Origin: Clostridia bacterium
Lineage (GTDB): Bacteria; Bacillota; Clostridia; TANB77; CAG-465
Direction of reading: 5' to 3'
Assembly: GCA_045651205.1 (NCBI GenBank)
Contig: JAZRSA010000050.1
Location: 29,723 to 93,722 of the forward strand
DNA: 64,000 nucleotides
A program made the translations under genes and the position numbers. The notes under the pieces are model-generated. The model was not told where the DNA came from. It saw only the letters and a program-made list of their open reading frames with translations, and did no database searches. This document shows, in pieces, positions 37,810 through 49,848 of this stretch (the first letter of the stretch is position 1; every line of letters starts with the position of its first letter).

Positions 37810-38988
37810 TTATTTATCCATATACATTGTCAATTTGTTATCTGTTATGTGGCATTCTTTTAAATCTCCTGCAATATATTTTAAGAATGTTGTGGCACTC
37901 TTTGCGTTATAGTCTTCCATAAGAATAGTTTGTTTTTTAGCATTTATATATGTTGGTGTTATTTCTATTTTCTTCAGATTACCTTGTTCGTTAAATGTTA
38001 AATCAAATATACCACCTTTTTTTCCACTTTCATAACTTGTGTCATGTATTAAATACCCCAAGCTATATATTATTGGTTTATCTTTATATATTTCTATTGG
38101 ATATACACCTAATGCGTGTGATCCAAGCACTACATCAGCTCCTGCTTTTATTAAAGCCCTGTATGTATTCTTCATACCAGAAGTTACTGTGTGAGAATTT
38201 TCATTTCCTAAGTGTGCCATAACAATAACTGCTGACGCACTTTCTTTTGCTTTTTCTATTAATGTTTTTACATTATTTAAGTTATACATCATTATTCCTG
38301 CAGAAGTATATGTTTTTTCGCTACCTATTGCTTCATTACATACACCTATTATTGCAACTTTAACCCCATCTTTTTCTACATAAATTATAGAATTATTAAG
38401 ACCTATTAAATCATAGTCTTCAGATAGCATCTTTTTAGTATCATTAAATATTTCTTTACCAAAATCCATTATGTGATCTGTTGCTACATTTAATCCATCT
38501 ATTCCTAAGGCGTTAAATGCATTATCTATGTCTGCTGTAACAATATATTTTGAGTTTGTATCGCCTAAAGTTTCTAAGTCTACCATATTAGTAGCTAAGT
38601 GCGCCATTGTATAGTCTGAATCTTTAGTGTACTCAGATACATATCTAAAGGCACTCATGTAATTATATTCTACATTCTTGCCTACTTTTCCACCCATCAT
38701 TATTTCACCAAGCGCAGTTATCTTTAATTCTTTAACCGGTTCATATCCATCTTCTTCATCAAAAACATCAACGCTCGCATCCGACTCTATAATCTCACTG
38801 TTTGATTCATATATATTTTGTGCTTTTCTCTCTATAGAATTAAATAACATTTTTGCGCCTGCACCTATACTCGCGCACACAAATATTCCAGCAAGTCCAA
38901 GTGCAATAAATTTTAAGTTTATATTATATCCGCTAGCACCCTTTCTTCTTCTAGTAATTGTACGACCACGTCTTGTATTGTTCCACAT
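37810..38988 (-). CDS. CapA/PGA_cap family metallophosphatase-like capsule (poly-gamma-glutamate) biosynthesis protein. The true start is uncertain: the first 70 nt overlap mtaB.
   Basis: N-terminal TM anchor and CapA family motifs (HLGNENSH, GADVVLGSHALG). Confidence 0.65.
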   Translation of the reverse strand: MWNNTRRGRTITRRRKGASGYNINLKFIALGLAGIFVCASIGAGAKMLFNSIERKAQNIYESNSEIIESDASVDVFDEEDGYEPVKELKITALGEIMMGGKVGKNVEYNYMSAFRYVSEYTKDSDYTMAHLATNMVDLETLGDTNSKYIVTADIDNAFNALGIDGLNVATDHIMDFGKEIFNDTKKMLSEDYDLIGLNNSIIYVEKDGVKVAIIGVCNEAIGSEKTYTSAGIMMYNLNNVKTLIEKAKESASAVIVMAHLGNENSHTVTSGMKNTYRALIKAGADVVLGSHALGVYPIEIYKDKPIIYSLGYLIHDTSYESGKKGGIFDLTFNEQGNLKKIEITPTYINAKKQTILMEDYNAKSATTFLKYIAGDLKECHITDNKLTMYMDK

Positions 38989-40205
38989 AACCTCTTATCT
39001 CCTTTAACACATACCTTTATATAATTTTCTGTATACCCTAATAGGACTCCGTTTTCATAATTTTCAAAAAGGACTTTTACCTTTTTACCCAAATACATAT
39101 TTAAGAATTCTTTGTTTAATCTTTTACTTAAAGAAAGTACTACATTACTTCTTTCTTTTTTAATATTTCCATCTACTTGTTTATCCATCTTAGCAGCTCT
39201 AGTATAATTACGTTTAGAATACTTAAATACATGTATTTCTGTAAGCCCCATTTTATTTATTGTATCTATTGTATCTTCAAATTCTTCATTTGTTTCGCCA
39301 GGGAATCCAACAATTACATCAGCCGCAAGATATGGATTTACAAAGTATTTCTTAAGATTAGAACAAACCTCTATAAGCAGTTCTTTAGAATATTTTCTAT
39401 TCATTCTCTTTAACACTTCTGTATTTCCACTTTGCATTGAAATGTGAAAATGTGGACATAGTTTTTTATATTTACTTAATCTTTGTATATTTGTTTCAGT
39501 TAGAAATTTAGGCATTAAAGAACTTAATCTTATTCTTTCGATTCCTTCTATTTCTTCTAGTTTATCTATTACATCAAATAAATCTAGATTTTCTAAATCT
39601 TGACCATAAGATGCAACCTCTATACCTACTAAAATTATTTCTTTAACATTAGCAGCAGCTAAAGATTTTGCCTCTTTAACAATACTATCTAATTCTCTAC
39701 TTCTAACTCTACCCCTTACGTATGGTATTATACAATACGAACAGAAGTTATTGCAACCATCTTCTATCTTAATTTCTTCACGAATTTCATATCCGCTTTT
39801 CATTATACCAACATCTTGATATTTTTTAACAGCATTTACATCTGTAAGTATTGTTTTGTTTTCTTTATTTTTCACGCATTCTTCTACTATTTCTAATAGA
39901 TTAGATTTATCTTCATTACCTAGAATAATATCTGCTTCAAATTCCTCTAATTGTTCTTTCTTACCTTCTACACTGCAGCCTAAAACAGCAACAAGAGCCT
40001 CTTTATTTTGTTTTCTTGCTTTAGATAACATTTGTCTTGTTTTTCTATCGCTCATATTGGTAACAGAACAAGAATTTACAACATATATATCTGATTTAGA
40101 CTCAAAATCTACAATAGTATGTCCTGCTTGCTCGAATTTTTCTTTTAACAAATCTGTTTCGTAATGATTTACTTTACAGCCTAGTGTTAAAAATGCTACT
40201 TTCAT
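38919..40205 (-). CDS. mtaB: tRNA methylthiotransferase, MtaB-type (radical SAM, MiaB family)
   Basis: MKVAFLTLGCKVNHYETD N-terminus, radical SAM CNNFCSYCIIP, C-terminal TRAM-like region. Confidence 0.75.
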   Translation of the reverse strand: MKVAFLTLGCKVNHYETDLLKEKFEQAGHTIVDFESKSDIYVVNSCSVTNMSDRKTRQMLSKARKQNKEALVAVLGCSVEGKKEQLEEFEADIILGNEDKSNLLEIVEECVKNKENKTILTDVNAVKKYQDVGIMKSGYEIREEIKIEDGCNNFCSYCIIPYVRGRVRSRELDSIVKEAKSLAAANVKEIILVGIEVASYGQDLENLDLFDVIDKLEEIEGIERIRLSSLMPKFLTETNIQRLSKYKKLCPHFHISMQSGNTEVLKRMNRKYSKELLIEVCSNLKKYFVNPYLAADVIVGFPGETNEEFEDTIDTINKMGLTEIHVFKYSKRNYTRAAKMDKQVDGNIKKERSNVVLSLSKRLNKEFLNMYLGKKVKVLFENYENGVLLGYTENYIKVCVKGDKRLCGTIQDVVVQLLEEERVLADII

Positions 40206-41341
40206 TATTTACCCTCGTTATATATTCTTATTACTTCATCAACGACCGTTTTAGATGAGTTTGGTTTACCTATAACCTTACACATCTCAATCATTTGATT
40301 TACTCTCTTTTCGTTATGCATAGCTATATCCAGAACATGTTCAATTGGTTCATTTTTATATGTTCTTATAGCCGTACCGTTGTTTATAAAATAGTTTGCA
40401 TTTTGTTCTTCTTGTCCAGGTATTGGATTAATTATTACCATTGGTTTGCACATAGCTAAACATTCTGTCGATGTTAATCCACCTGGTTTAGTTATTACAA
40501 AATCACTTATTGCCATTAACTCTGGTACTTGGTTAGTATAACCTAAAACAGTTATATTTTTACCTGAAGTTGATGCAATATTTTCAAATCTATTTTTTTG
40601 TTTTTCATTTCTACCTGTTACCGCAATTAATTGTAGATCATACTTAGTATTTAATAATTCCGCAAATATTTTTTCGGATTTACCAAGTCCTAATCCGCCA
40701 CCTGCAAAGAATAATAATGTTTTCTTATTTTCTTCTAAGTTAAATTCGCGTCTTAATGCTTCTTTATCATACTCTTTGCTAAATCTTGGTGATACAGGTA
40801 TTCCTGTAACCATTATTTTAGATTCAGGTATATTATATTTTCTTATACAATCTTGTTTCATTTCAGTTGTAGCAACCATAAGTCTATCTATATGCTCATG
40901 TTCTTCAACCCACATATTGTGAATTCCATAGTCTGTCATAATACTTACTATACTTGCTCTAACTTTCCCTTTTCTTTTTAGATATGCACACATATGTGAT
41001 ACGAATGGATGCGTAGAAACTATAACATCTGGATCTGTCTTTCTTATCATCTTCTTTAAACGAATTGTAAGAGCTTTATTTACCATCTTATTAATTTCAC
41101 CAATTGTATTAAGTTCTGCTTTATCCGAACGTCTATACATTGTTCCCCATAATTTAGGCGCGTGTCTAGTTACAGATGCATATCCTTTAACTATTAATTT
41201 ATTTGTTAATGCAGAAGAATACTCAAGGCCATCTTCGTAGACAACCTCAACACCTTCGTGTGATTCTAGAACCTCTTTAACAGATTCCGCTGCTTTTAAG
41301 TGTCCATTTCCTACTTTAGCATATAACAATAATACTTTCAT
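40205..41341 (-). CDS. Monogalactosyl/diglucosyl-diacylglycerol synthase family glycosyltransferase (UgtP-like)
   Basis: MGDG_synth N-terminal domain (KVLLLYAKVGNGH...) and GT-B C-terminal domain. Start moved to the ATG at 41341, which has AAGGAG 9 nt upstream. Confidence 0.75.
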   Translation of the reverse strand: MKVLLLYAKVGNGHLKAAESVKEVLESHEGVEVVYEDGLEYSSALTNKLIVKGYASVTRHAPKLWGTMYRRSDKAELNTIGEINKMVNKALTIRLKKMIRKTDPDVIVSTHPFVSHMCAYLKRKGKVRASIVSIMTDYGIHNMWVEEHEHIDRLMVATTEMKQDCIRKYNIPESKIMVTGIPVSPRFSKEYDKEALRREFNLEENKKTLLFFAGGGLGLGKSEKIFAELLNTKYDLQLIAVTGRNEKQKNRFENIASTSGKNITVLGYTNQVPELMAISDFVITKPGGLTSTECLAMCKPMVIINPIPGQEEQNANYFINNGTAIRTYKNEPIEHVLDIAMHNEKRVNQMIEMCKVIGKPNSSKTVVDEVIRIYNEGK

Positions 41342-41506
41342 AAATTCATTTCTCCTTAATTGAAATAACAATATATTTTGTATATTCCAACACATGTGTA
41401 TTATACCACTTTATATACACATTTGCAAGAAATATACAATTAGTACATTTTGTTAAATTATATATAAAAACATCTAAACACAACTGTATTTAGATGTTAA
41501 TTTATT

Positions 41507-42445
41507 TTATTCTTTTAATTTAGAAATATCCTCATAAGATAATTCTGTTATTTCAACTATCTCATTAATTTCCATGCCTTTTTTTAATAACTTTTTAGCT
41601 ATTTCTTTTTTGCTTTCTTTCTCGCCCTGTTCAATTCCTTGCTTGATTCCTTGTTCAATTCCTTGCTTGATTCCTTGCTCAATTCCTTGCTCAATTCCTT
41701 TTTCAAGCCCAATTCTAGTTGCCTCTTCAGTTGCATATGACAAAGCTGCTTTTTCGTCACGAATATACTTTTGTTTAAGCTCAGCTATTCTTCTTATTTC
41801 ATAATCCCCACTTACACTTCTTAATTCTTCTTTTGCTTCTTTAACTCCTGTATTTTTTTCCATGATACAATCTACCTCCTTAGAATTTGGATCATCAAAA
41901 AACATCATCCATTGGCATATTCTATCTTCCTTATTTTCCAAATACAATTTCTTTGCCTTTGGTAATTCTATTATAATTAATTCAAATTTATTTGTCAATA
42001 ATTTCATACCAGTAGTGTTGTCTCTCATTTGCCATTTTGTATTTATTTTTTCAACATCTTTTAATTCATTAACTTCATGATCTACTATTACTATACTTAT
42101 ACATCTATTTATTTCTTTGTATTCTTCTCCATAATCTAATTGTCTTGAATATGTGTCTGCCAGATAATATAGAAATCTATCACATTCATTTTTATATTTC
42201 TTTATCTGTATTTCTACATTACAATTAGTGTGATCTTCTAGTTCTACTCTTAAATCCATTATTCCCAACTTTTCTTCTGCTGCTTTTATATCCATGTATC
42301 TATCTAAGTTTGCTATTATTTTTACTTTTTCTTCTAATACATCTGTTAAAAAAGCTTCTGTTAATCTGTTATTTGATTCCCTAAATAGTGCGTGAAATAC
42401 TATGTCTATTTTAGGGCTTAACAATTCTATCTCTTTATTTTCCAT
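41507..42445 (-). CDS. Rpn-family recombination-promoting nuclease / putative transposase (PD-(D/E)XK, YhgA-like) with C-terminal GIEQG repeats
   Basis: N-terminal PD-(D/E)XK-like core (IDIVFHALFRE...DLRVEL...) and (GIEQGIKQ)n tail typical of this family. Confidence 0.65.
   Translation of the reverse strand: MENKEIELLSPKIDIVFHALFRESNNRLTEAFLTDVLEEKVKIIANLDRYMDIKAAEEKLGIMDLRVELEDHTNCNVEIQIKKYKNECDRFLYYLADTYSRQLDYGEEYKEINRCISIVIVDHEVNELKDVEKINTKWQMRDNTTGMKLLTNKFELIIIELPKAKKLYLENKEDRICQWMMFFDDPNSKEVDCIMEKNTGVKEAKEELRSVSGDYEIRRIAELKQKYIRDEKAALSYATEEATRIGLEKGIEQGIEQGIKQGIEQGIKQGIEQGEKESKKEIAKKLLKKGMEINEIVEITELSYEDISKLKE
41626..41708. repeat. 15-bp in-frame tandem repeat (TTGYTCAATTCCTTG)x~5 encoding GIEQG/GIKQG units of the Rpn-like protein
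   Basis: Read directly. Confidence 0.8.
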
Positions 42446-42643
42446 TTACTTACCTCCTATTTTGAAAAAACTAATATATGATTAAATTTATTTGAATTAA
42501 AAAAACTTTGAAAATAAAATACTTTTGACTTAATACATTTGAATAAATTATATTGGAGCTAAAGTAAAGATATTATATCTCCAAAACACAGTAACTGCAA
42601 GAAAAATCGTTCGTCAAGTTTTGACTAAAATCTTCAAAAAAAG

Positions 42644-42672
42644 AAAAAAACACCTAAATATATTTTTATATT
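42644..42672. terminator. Terminator hairpin (cacctaaatata tttt tatatttagatg, one mismatch) downstream of ligA, with T-runs on both strands
   Basis: Read directly. Confidence 0.55.
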
Positions 42673-42704
42673 TAGATGTTTTCTTTTTAATCTATATTAT
42701 TTAA

Positions 42705-44744
<2,040 letters not shown>

Positions 44745-44769
44745 TTACCTCTTATAACAACCATAAATA

Positions 44770-45498
44770 TTATTGTCTAATATCTATATATTTTCCACAT
44801 TTTCTTACATAGTCTATTGTAGACCAAACTGTAAATATTACTGCACCAATTAATGAAATGCTAAATCCTACATTTAGTAGTAATTCTCCAAATCCCATCA
44901 ATCTTCCTTGTGTAGACATGAATTTAAATAATCCATTAGTATCTAATAATCCTAAAGTTATTGTTACCATTTGGAATGCAGTTTTAATTTTTCCATAAAC
45001 ACCTGCAGAAATTGTAACACCTGCTTCTGTACCGAACATTCTTATTGTATTTAATAAGAAATCTCTACATACTACTAAAACTGTTACCCATGCTGGAACT
45101 ACACCTAAACCTGTTAACATTATAAATCCTGATGCAACTAATATCTTATCTGCTAATGGATCCATAAGTTTTCCAAATCTAGTTACTATATTTTTCTTTC
45201 TTGCTATCTTTCCATCAACCCAGTCAGTTAATGATGCTAGTATAAATATACCTAATGCTATATATCTTAATCCTACCCATAAATCTTCCAATAATAATAG
45301 AACTACAAATACTGGTACTAAGCATATTCTAATTACTGTAAGTATGTTTGGTAGATTTATTTTTTCTTTCTTTACTTTTTCTTTCTTTTCCACCTTAACT
45401 TCAGCAGCTACTTCTTCTACCGCTTCAACTTTTACTTCTTCTTTAACTTCGTTTATTTCTACCTTTAATTCTTTTTCCTTTTTTGCTGATTTTTTCAT
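44770..45498 (-). CDS. pgsA: CDP-diacylglycerol--glycerol-3-phosphate 3-phosphatidyltransferase with ~50-aa Lys/Glu-rich N-terminal extension
   Basis: CDP-alcohol phosphatidyltransferase motif DWVDGKIAR...GKLMDPLADK. Preceded by NLPNILTVIRI. Confidence 0.8.
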   Translation of the reverse strand: MKKSAKKEKELKVEINEVKEEVKVEAVEEVAAEVKVEKKEKVKKEKINLPNILTVIRICLVPVFVVLLLLEDLWVGLRYIALGIFILASLTDWVDGKIARKKNIVTRFGKLMDPLADKILVASGFIMLTGLGVVPAWVTVLVVCRDFLLNTIRMFGTEAGVTISAGVYGKIKTAFQMVTITLGLLDTNGLFKFMSTQGRLMGFGELLLNVGFSISLIGAVIFTVWSTIDYVRKCGKYIDIRQ

Positions 45499-45633
45499 TT
45501 TAAATCTCCCTCTCTAATGCAATTATTATATTACATGAACACATATATTTCAAGTAGTAAACTATGTTAAATTAAAGTCTAGTAATTTATTTTAATATGG
45601 TATATAATTTAAAACAAATAAAGGAGTAAACAA

Positions 45634-45942
45634 ATGGAATACATATATTTTGGAGCATATTTTTTAATAATTAACATCATAGGATTTGTTATGATGTATT
45701 CAGATAAACAAAAAGCAAAAAAAGATCAATATAGAACGCGAGAAAAATCTTTCTTTGTTGTTTCTCTTCTTCTAGGCGGAATTGGAACATATATTGGCAT
45801 GTATAAATTTAGGCACAAAACACGTCACAATCTATTTACAATAGGAATTCCTGTTATGATAGTAATAAACATAGTTAGTATATATTTTATCCTTACAGAA
45901 GGATACCTTTTCTATATAGCTGAAATAATTAAAACAATGTAA
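45634..45942 (+). CDS. Small membrane protein, DUF1294-like
   Basis: 102 aa. The MYSDKQKAKKDQYRTREKSFFVVSLLLGGIGTYIGMYKFRHKTRH pattern resembles DUF1294. Confidence 0.5.
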   Translation: MEYIYFGAYFLIINIIGFVMMYSDKQKAKKDQYRTREKSFFVVSLLLGGIGTYIGMYKFRHKTRHNLFTIGIPVMIVINIVSIYFILTEGYLFYIAEIIKTM

Positions 45943-45998
45943 AGAAAATATATAAAAAAGAAATAATAAAATCACTTGTTATACATAATATATAACAG

Positions 45999-46559
45999 GT
46001 GATTATTTTGTTTAATTTAACTTATAAAAACGTAATTAAAATAGGATATGCAATATGCTTAGTAGCCGGCTTTCTACTTCACTTTGCATATGATTTCTTT
46101 AACGACAACTTTATTATTGGATTATTTACTCCAGTAAATGAAAGTGTTTCTGAACATCTAAAACTTATCTTCTTGCCATTTACATTATTTACAATATTCT
46201 TCTACTTCTACTCTAAAAAGAAGTTAACAAATGTATTTCTAACATCCTTCATAGCAAACATATTAGGTATACTTGCAACAACTATTTCTTTTTATATAGG
46301 AATACAATTCTTAGGAATGAACAACACTATCTTTAACATTGGCACATATATAATAGGTATGACTATATCTTTTATTACATTCTATCTAGGTCTATACATC
46401 GATACATTTCAAGATGCCACAAAAGATTCGAATGCACTTGGAATATGTACACTTCTACTTCTTACAACATTATTTATAGTTAATACATTACTACCACTCA
46501 AACTACCTATTAACAAAGATCCTGTAACAAGTACTTATGGATTGTTTAAGATAAAATAA
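45999..46559 (+). CDS. Hypothetical polytopic membrane protein
   Basis: 186 aa with ~6 hydrophobic helices. Ends at a terminator. Confidence 0.45.
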   Translation: MIILFNLTYKNVIKIGYAICLVAGFLLHFAYDFFNDNFIIGLFTPVNESVSEHLKLIFLPFTLFTIFFYFYSKKKLTNVFLTSFIANILGILATTISFYIGIQFLGMNNTIFNIGTYIIGMTISFITFYLGLYIDTFQDATKDSNALGICTLLLLTTLFIVNTLLPLKLPINKDPVTSTYGLFKIK

Positions 46560-46560
46560 A

Positions 46561-46590
46561 ACACAGAAACAAATAGTTTCTGTGTTTTTA
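46561..46590. terminator. Bidirectional terminator (acacagaaac aaata gtttctgtgt plus TTTTTA)
   Basis: Read directly. Confidence 0.75.
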
Positions 46591-46593
46591 TTA

Positions 46594-47940
46594 TTAACCA
46601 GTACATACTACGCTACTAACTTCAACTAAAGGTGAATTATAATCATACCAATATGTTCCTTTAGATACCTTGTTCCAATTAGTTGTTGTTCCTTTATATG
46701 TTATGCTTTTTAAATAACAACCTGAAAAAGCATAATTCCCTATTGAAGCTATTCCCGTATTAAATGTTAATTTTTCCAAATTTTCCGCATTTTCAAAGGC
46801 AGAACCAGCAATTGTTGTAACATTACTTGGTATTTCCACCTCTTTTAATCCCTCTGCAAAATAAAAAGCTGAACCATCTATAGTTTTTACAGTTGATGCT
46901 ATCTTTAAATCTGCTGTACTATTCCTACCTCCTATACTAGTTAAAGAAGTACATCCATAGAACATTTCAAATGGGATTTTTTCCCAACCTTCGGGTATTG
47001 TTACATTGTTTAATTTTTCACATCTCAAAAATATAGACTCTCCAAATGTTTTTATATTATTTGAAATTTCTATACTACAACCACTACCTATAGTACCAAT
47101 GCTAGTAAAATTGCAATATGCAAGAGAATAATCTCCTATCTCAGTTACACTATTAGGTATTACGATTTTTGTTATTTTATCACAATTTTCAAACATATGG
47201 TCCCCTACCACAGTTAATCCATATGGTAATGTTGCAGTTTCAAGATTTGCCGCACCATAAAACCAATAAGTAGTATAATTAGGGATAGCTCCTTCTTCAA
47301 ATACAACATCTATTATATTAGACATTTCTGAAAGCCATGGCACTTCATCATAGTAATATTCTGCCGTTTTCCATCCAGTGTACGTTTTTGTACTTCCATC
47401 ATTTTTATATAAAGTTGATATTCCATTAGCAGCAAAAACAAAAGTCCCTGCATCATATACTGTAACAGGCGGTTCTTCATCTTCTGGAATAGTCGGATTG
47501 TTGTTATTGTTATTGTTATTGTTATTGTTATTGTTATTATTGTTTGCAATACCATCAAATACTATATTTATATCATTGCCTCCATTTTGAGAAATTGTTA
47601 CATTAAAACCACTTTTTGTTGTTACTTTCTTACTTCCATCTGCATTTGTTATTACTCCAGATTCTATTATTCCTTTATTTGTTAACTCTGTAATATATGT
47701 ATCTACGGTTATTTCACCTAGATTATCTGTAAGTATTCCATTCTTTATTACTTGTAGCCTTGTATATTCTTCATTGTAATTTTGGTTACTTACTGTATTC
47801 TTTGAACGTCCTATTATTCCACTATCTTCTAATGCAATTATTACTGTCGCTGCAAGTATTGCCATTACAAGTATGGTTATACTTAATACTATTAAAGATA
47901 TTCCCTTTCGCATCTTTTGTTTCTCCTTTATTTTATACAT
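46594..47940 (-). CDS. Pilin-like N-terminus + poly-Asn linker + BspA-type leucine-rich-repeat surface protein (paralogue D, 448 aa)
   Basis: N-terminus RKGISLIVLSITILVMAILAATVIIALEDSGIIGRSKN. N16 tract. C-terminal repeats of the BspA-type LRR pattern (...VTEIGDYSLAYC.., ...IPEGWEKIPFEMFYGCTSLTSI..., ...IAGSAFENAENLEKLTF...). Confidence 0.65.
   Translation of the reverse strand: MYKIKEKQKMRKGISLIVLSITILVMAILAATVIIALEDSGIIGRSKNTVSNQNYNEEYTRLQVIKNGILTDNLGEITVDTYITELTNKGIIESGVITNADGSKKVTTKSGFNVTISQNGGNDINIVFDGIANNNNNNNNNNNNNNNNPTIPEDEEPPVTVYDAGTFVFAANGISTLYKNDGSTKTYTGWKTAEYYYDEVPWLSEMSNIIDVVFEEGAIPNYTTYWFYGAANLETATLPYGLTVVGDHMFENCDKITKIVIPNSVTEIGDYSLAYCNFTSIGTIGSGCSIEISNNIKTFGESIFLRCEKLNNVTIPEGWEKIPFEMFYGCTSLTSIGGRNSTADLKIASTVKTIDGSAFYFAEGLKEVEIPSNVTTIAGSAFENAENLEKLTFNTGIASIGNYAFSGCYLKSITYKGTTTNWNKVSKGTYWYDYNSPLVEVSSVVCTG
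47497..47544. repeat. (GTT/ATT)16 trinucleotide microsatellite encoding Asn16 within the pilin-like/LRR gene
   Basis: Read directly. In-frame, so length changes would vary the linker rather than switch the frame. Confidence 0.85.
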
Positions 47941-48012
47941 CTATACTATTACATATTTTATTTTTTGTAAATACAAAAACAACGCATTTTTTATATGCGT
48001 TGTTTATATATT

Positions 48013-49848
48013 TTAAAGTTCAAATTGTGAATTGTATAATTCTGCATAGAAGCCATTCTTTTCTATTAATGTTTCATGATTTCCTTGTTCTACAATGTTA
48101 CCATCTCTCATAACTAAGATTAAATCTGCATTTTTAATTGTAGATAATCTATGTGCTATTATGAACGATGTTCTGTTTTCTGTTAATTTATCCATTGCTT
48201 TTTGAACTAGTTCTTCTGTTCTTGTGTCTACATTAGATGTTGCTTCATCTAATATTAAGAATGGTGCATCTTCTATCATACCACGAGCAATTGTAAGTAA
48301 TTGCTTTTGACCCGCAGAGATACTTTCATTGTCTGCAAGAACTGTATCGTAGTTTTTAGGTAATGTTTTAATAAAGTGATGTAATCCAACTTCACGGCAT
48401 ACATCTTTTACTCTTTCTATATCTACATTTTCTCTATCATATACGATGTTTTCTTTTACAGTTCCTTCAAACAGCCAAGTATCTTGAAGTACCATAGTAA
48501 ATAACTCGTGTATATTTTCTCTTGTTAATTTAGAAATATCTACTCCATCTATTTTAATCTTACCTGAATCTATTTCATAGAACTTCATAAGTAGATTTAC
48601 CATAGTTGTTTTACCCGCACCAGTTGGACCAACTATTGCTATCTTTTGTCCTGGCTCTGCTGATGCTGTAAATCCTTTAATTGTTGGTTCTTCGTTTTCT
48701 TCATATTTGAACACAACGTTTTCAAATTCTATTTTACCTTTAACTTTGTTCTTATCTAATTTCTTAGTAAACTCTGACTCATCTGCCATTTCTTTTTCAT
48801 CTAAGAATTCAAATACTCTTTCACTTGCTGCAGCTGTTGTTTGTATTGATGTTAAGCTTTGAGCTATTTGTGAAAGTGGTGATGTAAACATTCTTACATA
48901 ACTAATAAACGCAACTATTATACCAAATGAAATATATCCTTTCATTGTCATTAGCGCACCCACTATACATACTGCTACGTATCCAAAGTTGCCAACAAAG
49001 TGCATTATTGGTTGCATAAGTCCAGATAAGAATTGACTCATTTTATTACATTTATATAACTTCTTATTTAACTCATCGAATGTTTCTGTTGCTTGCTTTT
49101 TACCATTATATGCTTTTACAACTAAAAGTCCTGAATATATTTCTTCTATATGACCATTTAGTTTACCTAGTTCTTCTTGACGCATTATGAAATACTTTTG
49201 AGACTTCTTAAGTATTGTACTCATAAGCACAAATCCAATTGCAGTTGTTGTTATTGCAACTAATGCTAATATCCAGTTAGTTACAAACATCATAAATAAT
49301 GTTCCTACAAACATAACTGAACAATATACAAGAGTAGACAAAGATGTGTTCATAGATTGTGCTATTGTATCTACATCGTTTGTTACAATAGATAGTATGT
49401 CTCCTGTTTGGTGTTTATCAAAAAAGCTAAGTGGTAGTTTGTTTATCTTTTTAGATATTCTACTTCTTAAACTCTTTGCAAAGTAGTTAGCAACATGTGT
49501 CATTGAAATTGCTTCCAAAAATCCACAGAATGCACTTGTAAAATAAAGTGCTGCTATTGTAATAGTTATTTTTGTTACAGCTTCCATATTCATTGGAGCT
49601 ATTAATCCTTTTTGGATTTCATTTGTTAAGTTCGCTAGTTTATCCGGTGCTGAAATAAATATTATAGAACTTATTATAGAAAACACTACACCTATTAGCA
49701 TTAATATTTTCCATTTACCTAGTTCTTTCACAAGTCTTTTTACTGCAGACTTAAAATCTTTTGCTTTTTCGCCAGGTGCCCCTGGTGGGCCTCCTGGAGG
49801 TCCAAATCTTCTAGGAGGTCTGCTTACTCTTTTTGTTTTATTATCCAT
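48013..49848 (-). CDS. ABC transporter permease/ATP-binding protein (heterodimeric multidrug-exporter type, subunit B)
   Basis: 6-TM domain plus NBD with Walker A GPTGAGKTT, signature ISAGQKQ, Walker B ILDEATS. Confidence 0.9.
   Translation of the reverse strand: MDNKTKRVSRPPRRFGPPGGPPGAPGEKAKDFKSAVKRLVKELGKWKILMLIGVVFSIISSIIFISAPDKLANLTNEIQKGLIAPMNMEAVTKITITIAALYFTSAFCGFLEAISMTHVANYFAKSLRSRISKKINKLPLSFFDKHQTGDILSIVTNDVDTIAQSMNTSLSTLVYCSVMFVGTLFMMFVTNWILALVAITTTAIGFVLMSTILKKSQKYFIMRQEELGKLNGHIEEIYSGLLVVKAYNGKKQATETFDELNKKLYKCNKMSQFLSGLMQPIMHFVGNFGYVAVCIVGALMTMKGYISFGIIVAFISYVRMFTSPLSQIAQSLTSIQTTAAASERVFEFLDEKEMADESEFTKKLDKNKVKGKIEFENVVFKYEENEEPTIKGFTASAEPGQKIAIVGPTGAGKTTMVNLLMKFYEIDSGKIKIDGVDISKLTRENIHELFTMVLQDTWLFEGTVKENIVYDRENVDIERVKDVCREVGLHHFIKTLPKNYDTVLADNESISAGQKQLLTIARGMIEDAPFLILDEATSNVDTRTEELVQKAMDKLTENRTSFIIAHRLSTIKNADLILVMRDGNIVEQGNHETLIEKNGFYAELYNSQFEL

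Noticed and set aside
41626-41708. Short direct repeats that could be mistaken for a CRISPR array (also 21800..22095)
   Set aside because: Repeats are 15 bp or ~48 bp, contiguous with no unique spacers, in-frame inside ORFs, and no cas genes are nearby. They are coding tandem repeats.
47313-47590. Alternative-frame ORFs (ITITITIT... and LLLLLL...) over the Asn microsatellite
   Set aside because: These are frame artefacts of the (GTT/ATT)n repeat. The Asn frame is continuous with a 448-aa protein that has recognisable domains.
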